A DNA stretch of 63,013 nt, counting the filler, from Collodictyon triciliatum (lineage: Eukaryota), in assembly GCA_043381765.1 (NCBI GenBank). It is 10 parts of 10 records of this genome, joined end to end, with 100 filler letters (N's around TTAATTAATTAA, not from the genome) between each part and the next. Parts side by side here need not be neighbours in the genome. Positions count along the whole stretch, not along the records: positions 5,214 to 15,182 come from JBHJMP010004642.1; positions 15,283 to 21,499 come from JBHJMP010004643.1; positions 21,600 to 27,801 come from JBHJMP010004644.1; 7 more parts are not named here. The stretch is one strand, 5' to 3'. This document shows, piece after piece, positions 12,603 to 25,756 of this stretch; the first letter of the stretch is position 1, and each line of letters starts with the position of its first letter. A program made the position numbers and the translations under genes. The notes below the pieces were generated by a model that saw only the letters and a list, made by a program, of their open reading frames with translations, had not been told where the DNA came from and ran no database searches.

Positions 12603-14262
12603 ATGCAGGCTGGCGTCAGGGATGCGAGAGATATGAAGGCCATTGCCCAACTCGAGAGCTTCGGCGGATTCTGGTCGCCTCGCCCGGGACTCTTTGCGTC
12701 GTGCACGTGGCTGGATTTGTCGGGCAAGCGCTTCCACACACTGCCCGACTCCATTTCTCTCTTGGGCGGGCTGGCGATGTTCTACTTGGAAGACAACTTC
12801 CTCTCCACATTGCCTGTCTCCTTCTCTGCCCTCACGAACCTGCGTGCGCTGCGGCTCAGCTCTAACAACCTCCTGTGTCTGCCAAGGTGTCTCTCTGCCT
12901 TGACATGTATGAAGCAGCTTCATCTTGACAACAATCCAGTAGGCTACTTTATTGGTTTTTATTGGGTTTTATTGGGTTTTATTGGGTTTTTTTTAATTGG
13001 TTTTTATTGGTTTTTTATTGGTTTTTTATTGGTTTTTTATTGGTTTTTTATTGGTTTTTTATTGGTTTTTTATTGGTTTTTTATTGGTTTTTTATTGGTT
13101 TTTTATTGGTTTTTTATTGGTTTTTATTGGTTTTTATTGGTTTTTATTGGTTTTTATTGTTTTTTATTGGTTTTTATTGGTTTTTATTGGTTTTTATTGG
13201 TTTTTATTGGTTTTTATTGGTTTTTATTGGTTTTTATTGGTTTTTATTGGTTTTTATTGGTTTTTATTGGTTTTTATTGGTTTTTATTGGTTTTTATTGG
13301 TTTTTATTGGTTTTTATTGGTTTTTCGGGCGGCTTAAGCACAAGCCTATTTCTATTTGTTTTAATTTTAATATAACATTCGTATCTACTTGGTTTTGTTG
13401 AAGTTGGAGGCTCTGCCCGATTTCATCACATGTCTGAGAAACCTGGACGAGCTAAAAATAGGATTTAGTTCGTCCATGACAATTAAGCGGGCTCCGGAGG
13501 CAATAACATCTCTGCCTTGTTGGGAGAACCAAGAGGTGGTCGCCACCTTTCAATTCAAGTATAAAATGTCAGAGAGTCTCCATGCACTGAGTTTGCATAA
13601 TATGCTGCATCTTGGTATGGGGATACAGGATGTCTCGACACTGATGGCATCTCTTACGAAGCTTGAATACATCGATTTATCACATAATCAAGTCTACTTT
13701 TATTTCCATTTCAAACCATTCCATTTATTCAATCGAAATGCAATTGCATATCGCTCAAGTGATCCAATGTATGCATTTTCATCTCAAGCGAAGGCTTTGG
13801 CATCACTTTATTGATTTATTTTATGTCTGCTGCGCCCAAGATTTCCTTTTTGCCTGATTCCTTTTCCCAGCTTACCCAAGCCGAGCATCTGAATCTGTCC
13901 GGAAATCAGGTGTGCTCAACTTTCTTTGTTTTCGAAAATAAGCCCTTATTCACTGCAGCTGGACTGATGTTGATGGATTGTACATCGAAACCAAGATGCT
14001 GCAAGGCATTTCCCAAGCCGAGTCTCATCCTTTATTTCCAAATGCATAATTGGAAACAATCATCCTAGTTGACGCATATCCCTGGGCCTTTACTCCTCCT
14101 CAGCAATCTCATGACGCTGGATATATCAAGAAACCAGGTATCCTCCTCACGCGCAGAGTTTCGCGCACCCTTGCAAACTCCTCACACCAGCACCAATCTC
14201 TGATGGCGGTGCCAACACCTCGCGACTCACCCATCATTCTTGCGCAGATTAACGCGGCATAG
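12603..14262 (+). CDS. Leucine-rich repeat protein; exons ~12603-12938, 13404-13691, 13841-13909, 14069-14137, 14248-14262
   Basis: LxxLxLxxNxL repeats, phase-0 introns after N-P/N-Q; start codon uncertain; head-to-head with the VTC gene (~340 bp apart). Confidence 0.8.
12947..13325. repeat. (TTTTTATTGG)n intronic minisatellite
   Basis: Direct reading. Confidence 0.95.
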
Positions 14263-14654
14263 AAGGAACATGCACCCACATACACACACAACAGCAGCAC
14301 AAAGCAGCACAAAGCATTCTCTTTCAACCGTTATCCCGACAAAGGAAGCGTAAATCCTAAAATTAGCAGCAGAAATAAAGGAACAAAAAAACGAAACAAA
14401 ATCCTACTGGGCCAAAAATCCCTTCAAAGTGGCGATCGATTCACGCGCACATAACTTCTGCTGAGTCACGCACAACTCACAACTCACAACTCACAAGCAA
14501 CACTCGCAGGATAATAACAGGACGAAAAAAAAGGGGGGATTATAGAAGAAATAACACGAAAAAAATATATATTTATTAAAAAAAAAAACGAAATAGAAGC
14601 AAGAGCAAAGACAAAGACAGCACAACCACCCGATCGGCCGCAACGCCCAAAGCC

Positions 14655-14705
<51 letters not shown>

Positions 14706-14746
14706 CCAATACAGAAGCGCTCAAGGAAACACAAGGGGAGAAAAGA

Positions 14747-15029
14747 ATGTCTCGACCGGCCCGCGCAAGCACACCAACACGGAGTGCTCATCCCGTCTCA
14801 CGCCCCGCCTCGGCCAAAGCCCCGGCTGCCGCTTCACAACGCCCGCCCTCTGCGCACGGAAGCACGGCCGGTACACACGCCTCGGGCAGCCGCCCAGCCT
14901 CGGCAAAGAACACGCTTTCGCCGGCCGCAAAGCGCATTGTCGAGAAGATCAAACTGGTGGTCACGCAGCGATGCGGCGGGAATGCCCTGCGCGGCCTCGC
15001 CAGAATCTTTCGGGCCATGGACAACAGCG
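14747..15029 (+). CDS. First exon of a calcyphosin-like EF-hand protein, truncated by contig end
   Basis: RCGGNALRGLARIFRAMDNSG resembles the calcyphosin first EF-hand entry; GT donor at 15030. Confidence 0.65.
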
Positions 15030-15083
15030 GTTTGTCTGGCTTTTTTTTTCTGCTTCTTTATAACATGTCTCCAACGCTTTTAG

Positions 15084-15181
<98 letters not shown>

Positions 15182-16245
15182 TNNNNNNNNNNNNNNNNNN
15201 NNNNNNNNNNNNNNNNNNNNNNNNNNTTAATTAATTAANNNNNNNNNNNNNNNNNNNNNNNNNNNNNNNNNNNNNNNNNNNNAACAAAAAACAAAAAACA
15301 AAAAACAAAAAACAAAAAACAAAAAACAAAAAACAAAAAACAAAAAACAAAAAACAAAAAACAAAAAACAAAAAACAAAAGAACAAAAGAACAAAAGAAC
15401 AGAATAGAGTTGAAATGAGAACTGGGAAAAAAACGGCAGCACCAGAGCCAGGACATTACAAGCACGAGGCGCGCAGGAAAGTCAGATGGTTGTTGGGTTG
15501 TCTCCGCCACCATCAAAGTGCAAAATAACACCAACACGGAAGCAAAATGAGTAGACAGAGGCCAATGTTGTTTGAATACCCGCANNNNNNNNNNNNNNNN
15601 NNNNNNNNNNNNNNNNNNNNNNNNNNNNNNNNNNNNNNNNNNNNNNNNNNNNNNNNNNNNNNNNNNNNNNNNNNNNNNNNNNNNNNNNNNNNNNNNNNNN
15701 NNNNNNNNNNNNNNNNNNNNNNNNNNNNNNNNNNNNNNNNNNNNNNNNNNNNNNNNNNNNNNNNNNNNNNNNNNNNNNNNNNNNNNNNNNNNNNNNNNNN
15801 NNNNNNNNNNNNNNNNNNNNNNNNNNNNNNNNNNNNNNNNNNNNNNNNNNNNNNNNNNNNNNNNNNNNNNNNNNNNNNNNNNNNNNNNNNNNNNNNNNNN
15901 NNNNNNNNNNNNNNNNNNNNNNNNNNNNNNNNNNNNNNNNNNNNNNNNNNNNNNNNNNNNNNNNNNNNNNNNNNNNNNNNNNNNNNNNNNNNNNNNNNNN
16001 NNNNNNNNNNNNNNNNNNNNNNNNNNNNNNNNNNNNNNNNNNNNNNNNNNNNNNNNNNNNNNNNNNNNNNNNNNNNNNNNNNNNNNNNNNNNNNNNNNNN
16101 NNNNNNNNNNNNNNNNNNNNNNNNNNNNNNNNNNNNNNNNNNNNNNNNNNNNNNNNNNNNNNNNNNNNNNNNNNNNNAAAAACCCCAAAAAACCCAAAAC
16201 TCCAAATATTCTGAAAAGCAACAAAATAGCATAAACCAATTTTAG

Positions 16246-19200
16246 AGGCAAAAAATGCTCCGTGACTTGGTCAAAATCAGCCATGAGCAAGCAGGCGCCA
16301 ACGTGGAGGACACAACGACATGGGACATGATTTCCATCGGTGAGCTCACTGAAGAATCTATGATGCGCACTCTCCAAGAGCGTTTTGCCCGCGATCTTAT
16401 TTACGTGAGTCTATATGCGAACATATATGATTTTTATGCCTTTACTAAAACCAATTATTTTTTAATTTGTTTGTTTTATACCATAATGAAAATTTCTTTA
16501 CTATTCTCACTTTTCTCAACTTTAATATTCGATTCCTCTTCGAATCACTTTTTCATAAGTTTTCAATTTTCATGTATATCCAGGTATTAATTTCGAGACA
16601 GTAACTTATTAGACTTGAACAGAAACCGTGTATATTTCGCATGTGTTGATTGCTTTCTTTTTCTAGTGCTAAACAATTCAAATCTGACAAATGCAGACCT
16701 ATTCCGGCTCAATCCTTGTTTCTGTGAATCCATACAAGCTACTTCCGTATTATTCAGCGGATGCCATGAGGATTTACAGGAAGCAGCGCCCAGAAGAATT
16801 GCCCCCTCATCTTTTTGCCATGGCTGAAAATGCATATCGCAAGTTATGCACAGAATCAAGAAATCAATCTATCATCATCAGGTAAGGTTGATTATTGGCC
16901 AGCAGATTATATTTGTGAAGCGGAATTGCGAAACAAGATAATTGCCATTTTGTTTATCCATGCTTTAGAGATATCTTGAAGTATAAAGTATGAAATATGT
17001 TTTTTTTTTTACAAGACTATGATAGAAACAACATGCTCTTCATATGTTTTATTTCTTTCTAATTCATTTAATAAAACTAGTGGCGAAAGTGGCTCGGGTA
17101 AGACAGAGGCAGCCAAGGTAATTATTCAGTACCTTGCCTTTATAAACTCCAAGCATACCTGGGTTGAGCAGCAGATTCTGGAGGCTAATCCGCTCCTTGA
17201 AGCATTCGGAAATGCCAAAACAATATCCAATCACAATTCCAGTAGATTTGTGAGTCATTCAGTTTGACATAGCAAAAAGATACATACATTTTTGATGCTC
17301 ATACATATATTGGGCGAATAATCTATTCCTTTTGATATATCTTACCAAAATCTGTATTCCTCCCAGGGAAAGCTTGTCCAAATATTCTTTAACCGAGAGG
17401 GACACATATGCGGAGCGAAAATCGAAAGATGTAAGTCTGACTAAAATTTACATTCTAAACCATTTTTGAGCCATGAATACAATGACAGTATAATTTTCTG
17501 AGTTGCATGTTTCATTTGGTTTACTAAATCTGGTATTATAATCCACAAGATCTTCTTGAAAAGGTTTGCATGGCCAATTTGGCAGATTTGTCTTCTTCTT
17601 CTTCTTCCCCTCCCCTCACACTACACATGATTCAGTTTTCATCTGTCGCTTGGGTTTTTTTCTTTTCCATAAAACATAAAACAACTAACAAAAAAGCTTT
17701 CTTATTTTATACAACTTAGTCGAGAATCGTTTATCAAAATCCTGGGGAAAGAAACTACCATATATTTTATCAGCTTTTAGCTGGTTCGACCCTAGAAGAA
17801 AGAGGTTTTCTCACATACTAGATTGATTTCAATAATACATATTTTCTATGCTATCCAATTTTTTTTTTAAAAAAAGAGACTGAAATATTACATTTACATT
17901 ATGAAATCATTTCACTCAACCACATTGATCAATATACCCAAATCGCCCTCAGCATCCTTGCACCTGGGAAAAGCAGAGGACTATGCTTATCTTAACAAGA
18001 ATGGATGTTACGAGATTGATGGGATGAATGACGAAGAAGAGTTCGATATTGTCAAGGTGAATCAATAATTTGTAGTCTTTTTAACCTTCTCATTGAACAT
18101 AATTGGCGATGATGCATGTAAAAATACTAATACAATTACAATTCAGAAAGCTCTCACAATCATGGGAATCGGCGATCAATCGACGGACATATTCCGTATT
18201 CTTGCAGCTATTCTCCATCTCGGAAATATCTCCTTCGATGAAACCAATGGCAATGCAAGCATCAAGCAAGAAGAAGGTTTCACTAGAACTGATTTCAGTC
18301 ATCCATATATCACATATGCGCCTTTGCCTTTTGCCCATATTTTTTTCTTGGTGTTCAGGGATGTACATGTTTTGAACTTGTATGCATTTACTTGGGCATT
18401 TACAGCTTTGCAAGCTCTGAACCATGTTTCCAAGCTTCTTTCCATTCCTTCATCGTTACTTCAAAAGTTGCTTCTGGAGCGTGAAGTGACGGCTGGAGGC
18501 GACCATGTAAAAATTTTGATTGGAGTTGACGAAGTAAGATTACATTCACAATTACTCCCTACGAACGGGTTATTCCTTTTCATTCCCAGTTTATTCAATC
18601 GATACCCGACAAATGCATTTGAATATCTCAACATCATTCTTAACCATGCCAAACCAACATACCTATTATCACAACAAGATGATAACGTTTCCCGATAAAA
18701 TATACAGGCAGTGGACTGTCGAGATGCTCTAGCAAAGGCACTATATGATAGGCTCTTCAAATGGCTGGTAGATGCCATCAACAAATCTATCCTTCCTTCA
18801 CTAGGCCAAACAAGTCGATACATTAGCATCCTCGACATATTTGGATTTGAAAGCTTAGAGGTTATTGATATATAATATTTGTACGTGTGAATATACACCA
18901 CATTAGCCGTAGTATGTGATTACAATATGATTCGACTTCCATTTTATTAAATATTGGCGAATTGCTTTTGTATTGCAGAACAACTCTTACGAGCAATTTT
19001 GCATAAATTATGCAAATGAAAGGCTTCAACAAGAGTTTATCAACTATGTGTTCAAATTGGAGCAAGTAATCATTCGATAATTCGAGTATGGGCTAGCAAT
19101 TTTATATATTTCAAGAATTCATGCGCTGCTATGGTGCTTACTATAATTTTTTTTTTTTTTTTAGGAAGAGTATAAGAAAGATGAGCTGAAGTGGACTTAT

Positions 19201-20782
19201 ATTGACTTCAAAGATAACAAGGAATGTCTTGACCTGATTGAGAAAGTATTATTTCCAAAATACCGCTGCCTTTTTGGTCGAATATTTTCTTTAATCTAGT
19301 TGCGCACATTATATAATATTACCATAATATTAGGAACCCTGAACTCGATGATTAATACTGGCTTTTATAGAAACCTCTCGGGATGTTGTTTCTATTGGAT
19401 GATGAGTGTAGACTGCCTGAAGGGACAGAGCAAAGTTGGATTGATAAAGTTGCCAAAAACCACTCAAAGAATCCGCATTTTGCTACTGTCAAGACTGATT
19501 CATCGTCCTTTGTGCTGAGCCATTATGTCGGAAAGGTATCTTCCTTAACCTATTTTTTCATCCGTTTCTCGATCGAAGTATTTCACCGGACCTCGACCGA
19601 ATTATACCTCATACAAATAATTGCATTTTCCAGTAGAAGTCTCATTTCCAGTGAAAAATTAGATTTTTTTTTTGTTTATAAAAAAAAATCCACTTCTTCG
19701 GTAAGGTTCAATACAACTCTGCGAACTTTTTGGAAAAAAGCAGAGACACATTCCATGTGAAGTTTTATGAAATTGAAAAGGAATCAAAAGATCCTTTCAT
19801 GAGCGAAATACTGAATCCTACCACAAGGTTGAATCGCCAAATAGGGCACATTATTCGATTAGCCTTTACTTAATCTTTTTTTTTATTATTGTTTCAAATA
19901 TACTTTGTAGGGTTTCAAAGCATTACGTTACTTATTGAACAATGGATTTATTAAAAAAAAATCAGGTTCAGAGGCCAAAGCAACGTCTTAAAAAGACCAA
20001 ACCAAGCAACTCTAGGAATCAAATTTAAGGCATACTCATGCATTTGCTCTAATATATATTTTTCGAATTCATAATCTTATTCAAATCATCTTCAATTTAA
20101 TGTAGATTCTGAAAAGATTATACCACAAACCTGACTTTAAACCCAACTTATTATTATTATTGTTATTATTAATATGATGGTGGTGATGATGTGCATATTA
20201 ACATATACATTTATTACTGATTAAGATGTCTTATGCTTTCTTCTCTTTTTCTCTTACATTTGTAGGAACAACTCGACAGTTTAGTGGAGCTTGTACACGA
20301 GAGCAGTTGTCACTATCTTCGATGCATTCGACCAAACGACAGAAAAATATCCGGAGCCTTTCACGAACCCATGGTCTTCAAACAAGTAATTTTTTTTTGA
20401 AAAAAAACTATGGATATTCAAGGTTTCCAACATGGAATTAAGTTTATACAAAATTTTGAGGCTGTAATCCACTCTTATTGGCGTGAGGTATCGCTGCAAA
20501 TCAATTAAATTAGCTATTGTAACCTAGTTGCAATACTCTGGTATGCTCAGCACCATTGAGCTACGACGCGCTGGATATCCTGTGCGACTCGCGTTCGACT
20601 CATTTCTTCAGAGGTGGGTGTATTTTTCATTCGAATAAATCAATAATTTACACTCTAGGAGGTCTTTACTTTTGGGCTGAAAGAAACTATCATTATTGAG
20701 CCTTTTTTGAACCCATAATAAAAAAACATTACTTGATATATTTATTATAGAAAATGATGCCCTTTGTTTGAATCTTTATTGT

Positions 20783-20875
<93 letters not shown>

Positions 20876-21326
20876 TGATAATAATGATATTATATTTATC
20901 TAACTATATAGGTACAAGACTATCATTCCAAAGTCCGTCAATATCAACGCGAAAACAACAAAGGATTCGTGTCGCCTTATGCTAATTCACATCGAAGGGC
21001 GCGAGGGACAATATCAACTTGGAAAGCAAATGGTCTTCCTGAAGTACAGCCTGGTAATGCTGCATTATAGCTAGCATGACTTCCTATATCCTATCTGTAG
21101 TTTTCTCTTTAAAAGTAATTGATGTATCCACACCAATGTTTAGATAGTTTTTTTTCAACTGCATATTGACAAACAATCATGCCTATCCATCTTCAGCATG
21201 CTTATTTGGAAAAGATATTGCATTTCGTCCGTAACTCGGCTTCGAAAAGGATTGGGCGAGTATATGTGAAATATCGGGAAGTAAAGGTGTCAAACCAACA
21301 AAAAGCAGCAGCAAAGATTCAATCAG
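16246..21326 (+). CDS. Myosin heavy chain motor domain plus start of an IQ motif, ~19 exons, partial
   Basis: [104 protein letters not shown]; class not assignable. Confidence 0.95.
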
Positions 21327-21437
21327 GTGACTTTTTTTTTTCTCGACATAATATAAATAACTGCATACTCATGAAACGTTCAATCGAGAACTTCTTTACA
21401 TCGCTCCTGTCCATTCGTTCTGCTCTTCGTTCTTATT

Positions 21438-21499
<62 letters not shown>

Positions 21500-21916
21500 N
21501 NNNNNNNNNNNNNNNNNNNNNNNNNNNNNNNNNNNNNNNNNNNTTAATTAATTAANNNNNNNNNNNNNNNNNNNNNNNNNNNNNNNNNNNNNNNNNNNNT
21601 TTTTTATGCTTCTTTTTTATGCTTCTTTTTTATGCTTCTTTTTTATGCTTCTTTTTTATGCTTCTTTTTTATGCTTCTTTTTTATGCTTCTTTTTTATAC
21701 TTTTTTATACTTTTTTATACTTTTTTATACTTTTTTATACTTTTTTATACTTTTTTATACTTTTTATAGTCTGTTTTGTTAGTCTACTGTTATGTTTTAT
21801 CGTATTTTGTTTTATTTTGTTTATTTTTATTATGCTCAATAATAATAAAAAAAAAACAAATAAAAATATTGTAATATTATACTAATATATCTACTATCCA
21901 TCGTACACCCGGATAG

Positions 21917-24900
21917 ATTCTCATGCTTCTCCCTCAGACTGTGAGTTTGCAGGATGTGCCCATCAACCTGTACTTTCTTCTTGCCCATATTGTGATGATC
22001 GATGTGCAAGATTCGAACCGATTCTTTGCACTCGACGGCTCCCGCGGACTCATGAAAGAATACGGAGAAGCCACCTACCTCGTCAACATTGTCGTTCCTC
22101 CTCCAACGCCCGCAGCATGGAAATCGCTCCACGATAACCCTGTCAGCCTTTTCAGCCAGGAGTACGGCTTTTCCTGATAATATTGTATCTTTTATATAAG
22201 CTTCACCTTCTTCTTCTTCTCAGTATAGCTATAATTCTGCAACATGCTCAAATTAGTACTTGCGAATCCGTCGTTTATTTTCAATATCCAAAGGGTTATT
22301 TCCCTATTTCAAACACGGTCAAAGCTGGTTACCGACTCGTCGCCGATAATATTCGAGCGTGGGAAGATATTAATCGAGGGATTAAATAAGACTGTGCCTG
22401 TTGCAATCATTTCATCTCCTCTCCCACACTCTATGAATCCAGTATACAAGTATAGCTTACACGCATTTTTCTCGTATTATCAAACTTTCTTAATATTTGA
22501 AATAAATAAAAAAAAATTTGTTAGTTTTTTTTTCCATTTAATGAATTTATTATTTGCTTATACGAGCATATGCATGTCTATTATATTTGGTTAACGTTTG
22601 GTTCATGTAAAAAAATATTATATTTGATATGTGTAAATCCCATATTTTCCTACTTGGTTAGGCTGCCATACTCTTCCAAGGAGGTCATCAATGTATATCA
22701 AAGATACTCCAAGGTCATTTCGCCATATTTGCCGGGTCCGGATAGTTCTCATGCTCCAACAGCGTTCGGCTATCGTTCTTTTATGCAGAAAATGAAAAAG
22801 GAGCTCCATCCCAAGGACGAAATTAGATTATCAATCAGAAAGTGTGCCCCTTTAATCCCATTTTGTAACGTTGTTTTGATTATTTTTTGTTTTGTTTTTT
22901 TATTACGGTTTCTTCTGCAACTTTAATTTTCTCCCTTTTTTATTTACTTTTTCATTCAAAACGGAATATTCTCAATTTTATGGAACTGATTAATTAATTC
23001 CTGTTTGTTTTTTGTTTTTATTTTTTATTTTTTATTTTTTATTTTTTATTTTTTATCTTTTATCTTTTATCTTTTATCTTTTATCTTTTATCTTTTATCT
23101 TTTATCTTTTATTTTTTATTTTTTACTTATCGTTTAACATATCTGGTGCGTATCTCATGCATGTATTTATATTTATTCCCCACACTTGTAGATTTTCGGA
23201 TGATTTTATGAATACGCACTCTGACCAAGACGGAGAACGCCTTTCTATCTTTATTGAGGATGTAAAAACCAGGCTACTCAGCTACCCTGCCTGGAAGGGC
23301 TGTGGTCCAGAAGAAGAAAACAGCGTTGCCGAAGGGTTGGAAAGATATGTTACCAGTTCCATCTATGAAAAGTATGCTCACTTAGTTACAGGGGAAATGG
23401 ACATGCGTTTCAATCTGAGATACATATAATCGACATTACTTTTACATATATTTACATATTTACAAATAGAAACAAAAGAAAAGGATGAGAGAAGCGATAA
23501 GAAAGGAGCACCAAATTGCTTATTTTCCCTTGATTGCAATCACAGAGTATTCCCTCCGAACGGGAAGGCTGATACAACCAGAGATGCATGTTTCTATGAA
23601 CGAACGCAGCGCCTTTCATTCTTAACCCTGAGCCATCTTGAAATCCCGGAGTCATTTGGCCAAGAAATTGAGACAATGTCGTCTGCACGCTCAGGTTTTT
23701 TTAAAAAGAAAAAAAAAAGACAAAAACTCACTAGTAAATCTATTGAATAAATCATCACAAGGCAACCTGAATCCCTGACGTATGACATTCGATTTCTGTA
23801 TGTAGTGTCAATTATTTCACCTACATAATAGAACTATTGCGCGTGGATAAGTTCCGCGCACCAAGAGATAAGCTTGTGTGTCTCCTCAACTGCTGTAAAC
23901 TCGTTGCAAGTAAAGCACGTCATACACATTCTCAATAAATACATCAAAGAGCGTATGTAAAAAAAAAAAAAAAAAAAGTTAATCATGCTTACATGAAAGC
24001 CACAGATGCATTCAGGTATCCTCATTCTGCTTGCATTTGTTTTTTCTTGTTTGGTTGTAGAGATGATTTTCAATAACTCTGGCCTTGCCAATGCCGATGA
24101 ATTCCTGCCGCTGCTCATATGGGTAGTGTTAACCACGAAACCGCCAACTCTTCCGTCAAATATCGCGTACGCATTAGACTCATTTGCATTAAAATGAATC
24201 TCAAAGAAAACTGTTTGTTTGATCATGTAGTTACCTCGCTATATTAATTGTCATATGTTCTAACGAACTGTTTGTTTTTGTTTTTATTTTTGTTCATTTT
24301 TGTTCATTTTTGTTCATTTTTGTGAACCCAATGGGATATAGCTACGTTCTTCGCTTCCGTAATCCGTCCAAAATCCTTTCCGAAACCGCGTATTATCTTA
24401 CAAACTTTGAGATGGCCATCACCTTCATCGAGAACTTAGAGGCTGCTCATGTCAAAATGGCCCCTGAAGAATTCCAAAGGCACGCTTTCATATCACATCA
24501 AATATCCCACCACATCACATGGCATGACATTACAAACAACGCAATTCTACATATCCCAATTTCAATATATAAAACGCATCTTTGAGAGGCTTTGGTTGTC
24601 GTGTAATCTTTTCCTTTTCCTTCTCTTTTTTTTTTCTTTTTTTTTTGAATGGGGTCATAAACCGTAAACCAAAACAACAAAACCAAACAAGAAAGAAACT
24701 GATTATGCGAATGGAGAAAGCATTCGTCCGTCCATCGACATTCTTTTATACGCTCCCAATGACTCACTCTACTCTCCCATTCCACCCTCCCAGGAAACTA
24801 GAGGGCCAAACGCCGCCCACAACCCCACCGAGCAAATCCGCGTCAAGTCTCACAAACGCCTTAAGCGAGTCGCCCAGCAGAGATGTTGCGAGCCCGTCCC

Positions 24901-25492
24901 TATCATGCTCGAGCCACGCCGAGATTGTGCGGGGCAAAGCAGCAGACCAGCTGGATTCGACCCCGGACGAATTCGATACCAACAAGCAGAGCGAGCAGGA
25001 AGTGCTTCAGTCCTCCGAGCTGCAGCGGATGAGCGCACTCTTTGCAAAGACTCCGTCGGGCTCGTGGCTGCTCAGGCGACACAGCTCGGACCCAGACCAG
25101 ATGCGCAGACTTGCCCTGGGGCCCGCGTCCTTGTCGGTTTGTGGGCTCTGTTGCTATCTTGTTCGCGCCCTGTGTCATGCTTCATGCGAAATATATTTTT
25201 TCTCTTTTTTTCTCTTTTCTTTCTCTTTTCTTTCTCTTTTTTTTCCGTTGCGATTCAGAGTTCGGGATAGAGAAATATGCATCTGCAGGGGTTTACAGCC
25301 TCATGCAAGACACTCCCGATGCAGGCTTCGCAAGGGCAGCCGTACCGCTTCGAGCACGTGGCCCTGGAGACGCTCAAGATGGGGGATGTTCCGTCTCTCC
25401 TGGAAGAGTACCGGCTGGTTGTTGCCGAGAACCGCAGGCTGCACAGCAGGATTCAGGCGCTCGAGCAGAGGCAGCAGGGCGATGCCCAGTAG
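21917..25492 (+). CDS. VPS9-domain Rab5-family GEF with a VARP/ANKRD27-like N-terminal segment, 5'-partial, ~10 exons
   Basis: [58 protein letters not shown]-terminal [17 protein letters not shown]. Confidence 0.9.
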
Positions 25493-25756
25493 CAGGCGAT
25501 GCCCAAGTAGCAGGCGATGTCCGCAAAAGAACGGGCAAGAGAAGGTGGCGACAAAGGGTGCATAAAGACAATGCGGGTTTGTTGGATGCAGGGTGTCTGG
25601 GCAAGGTGTGCTTTGTACTCGGGCCACAGGGGGTGGGCTTGCAGAGAAGAAGAGAGGCGGTCTGAGTTGATCCCTGAGCGGCCCGACCCGCCAAGGAAGG
25701 GATGGGGATGGAGCAGAAGGGCAGGGTGGGGTGGAGAGTGAATAAGTTGTATTTAT

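Noticed and set aside
14138-14247. U12-type introns (GTATCCT at 14138 and ~61556; ATATCCTTT at 42271)
   Set aside because: No convincing TCCTTAAC branch point near the acceptors; the ATATCCTTT lies inside an ordinary GT-AG intron.
22381-22392. Euplotes-like +1 frameshift at AAA-TAA in the VPS9 gene
   Set aside because: An intron 22162-22293 (GT..AAG) joins the exons in frame, so no frameshift is needed.
16246-25492. Myosin-VPS9 fusion gene
   Set aside because: The two halves are separated by an artificial contig spacer (21500-21599); linkage is unsupported.
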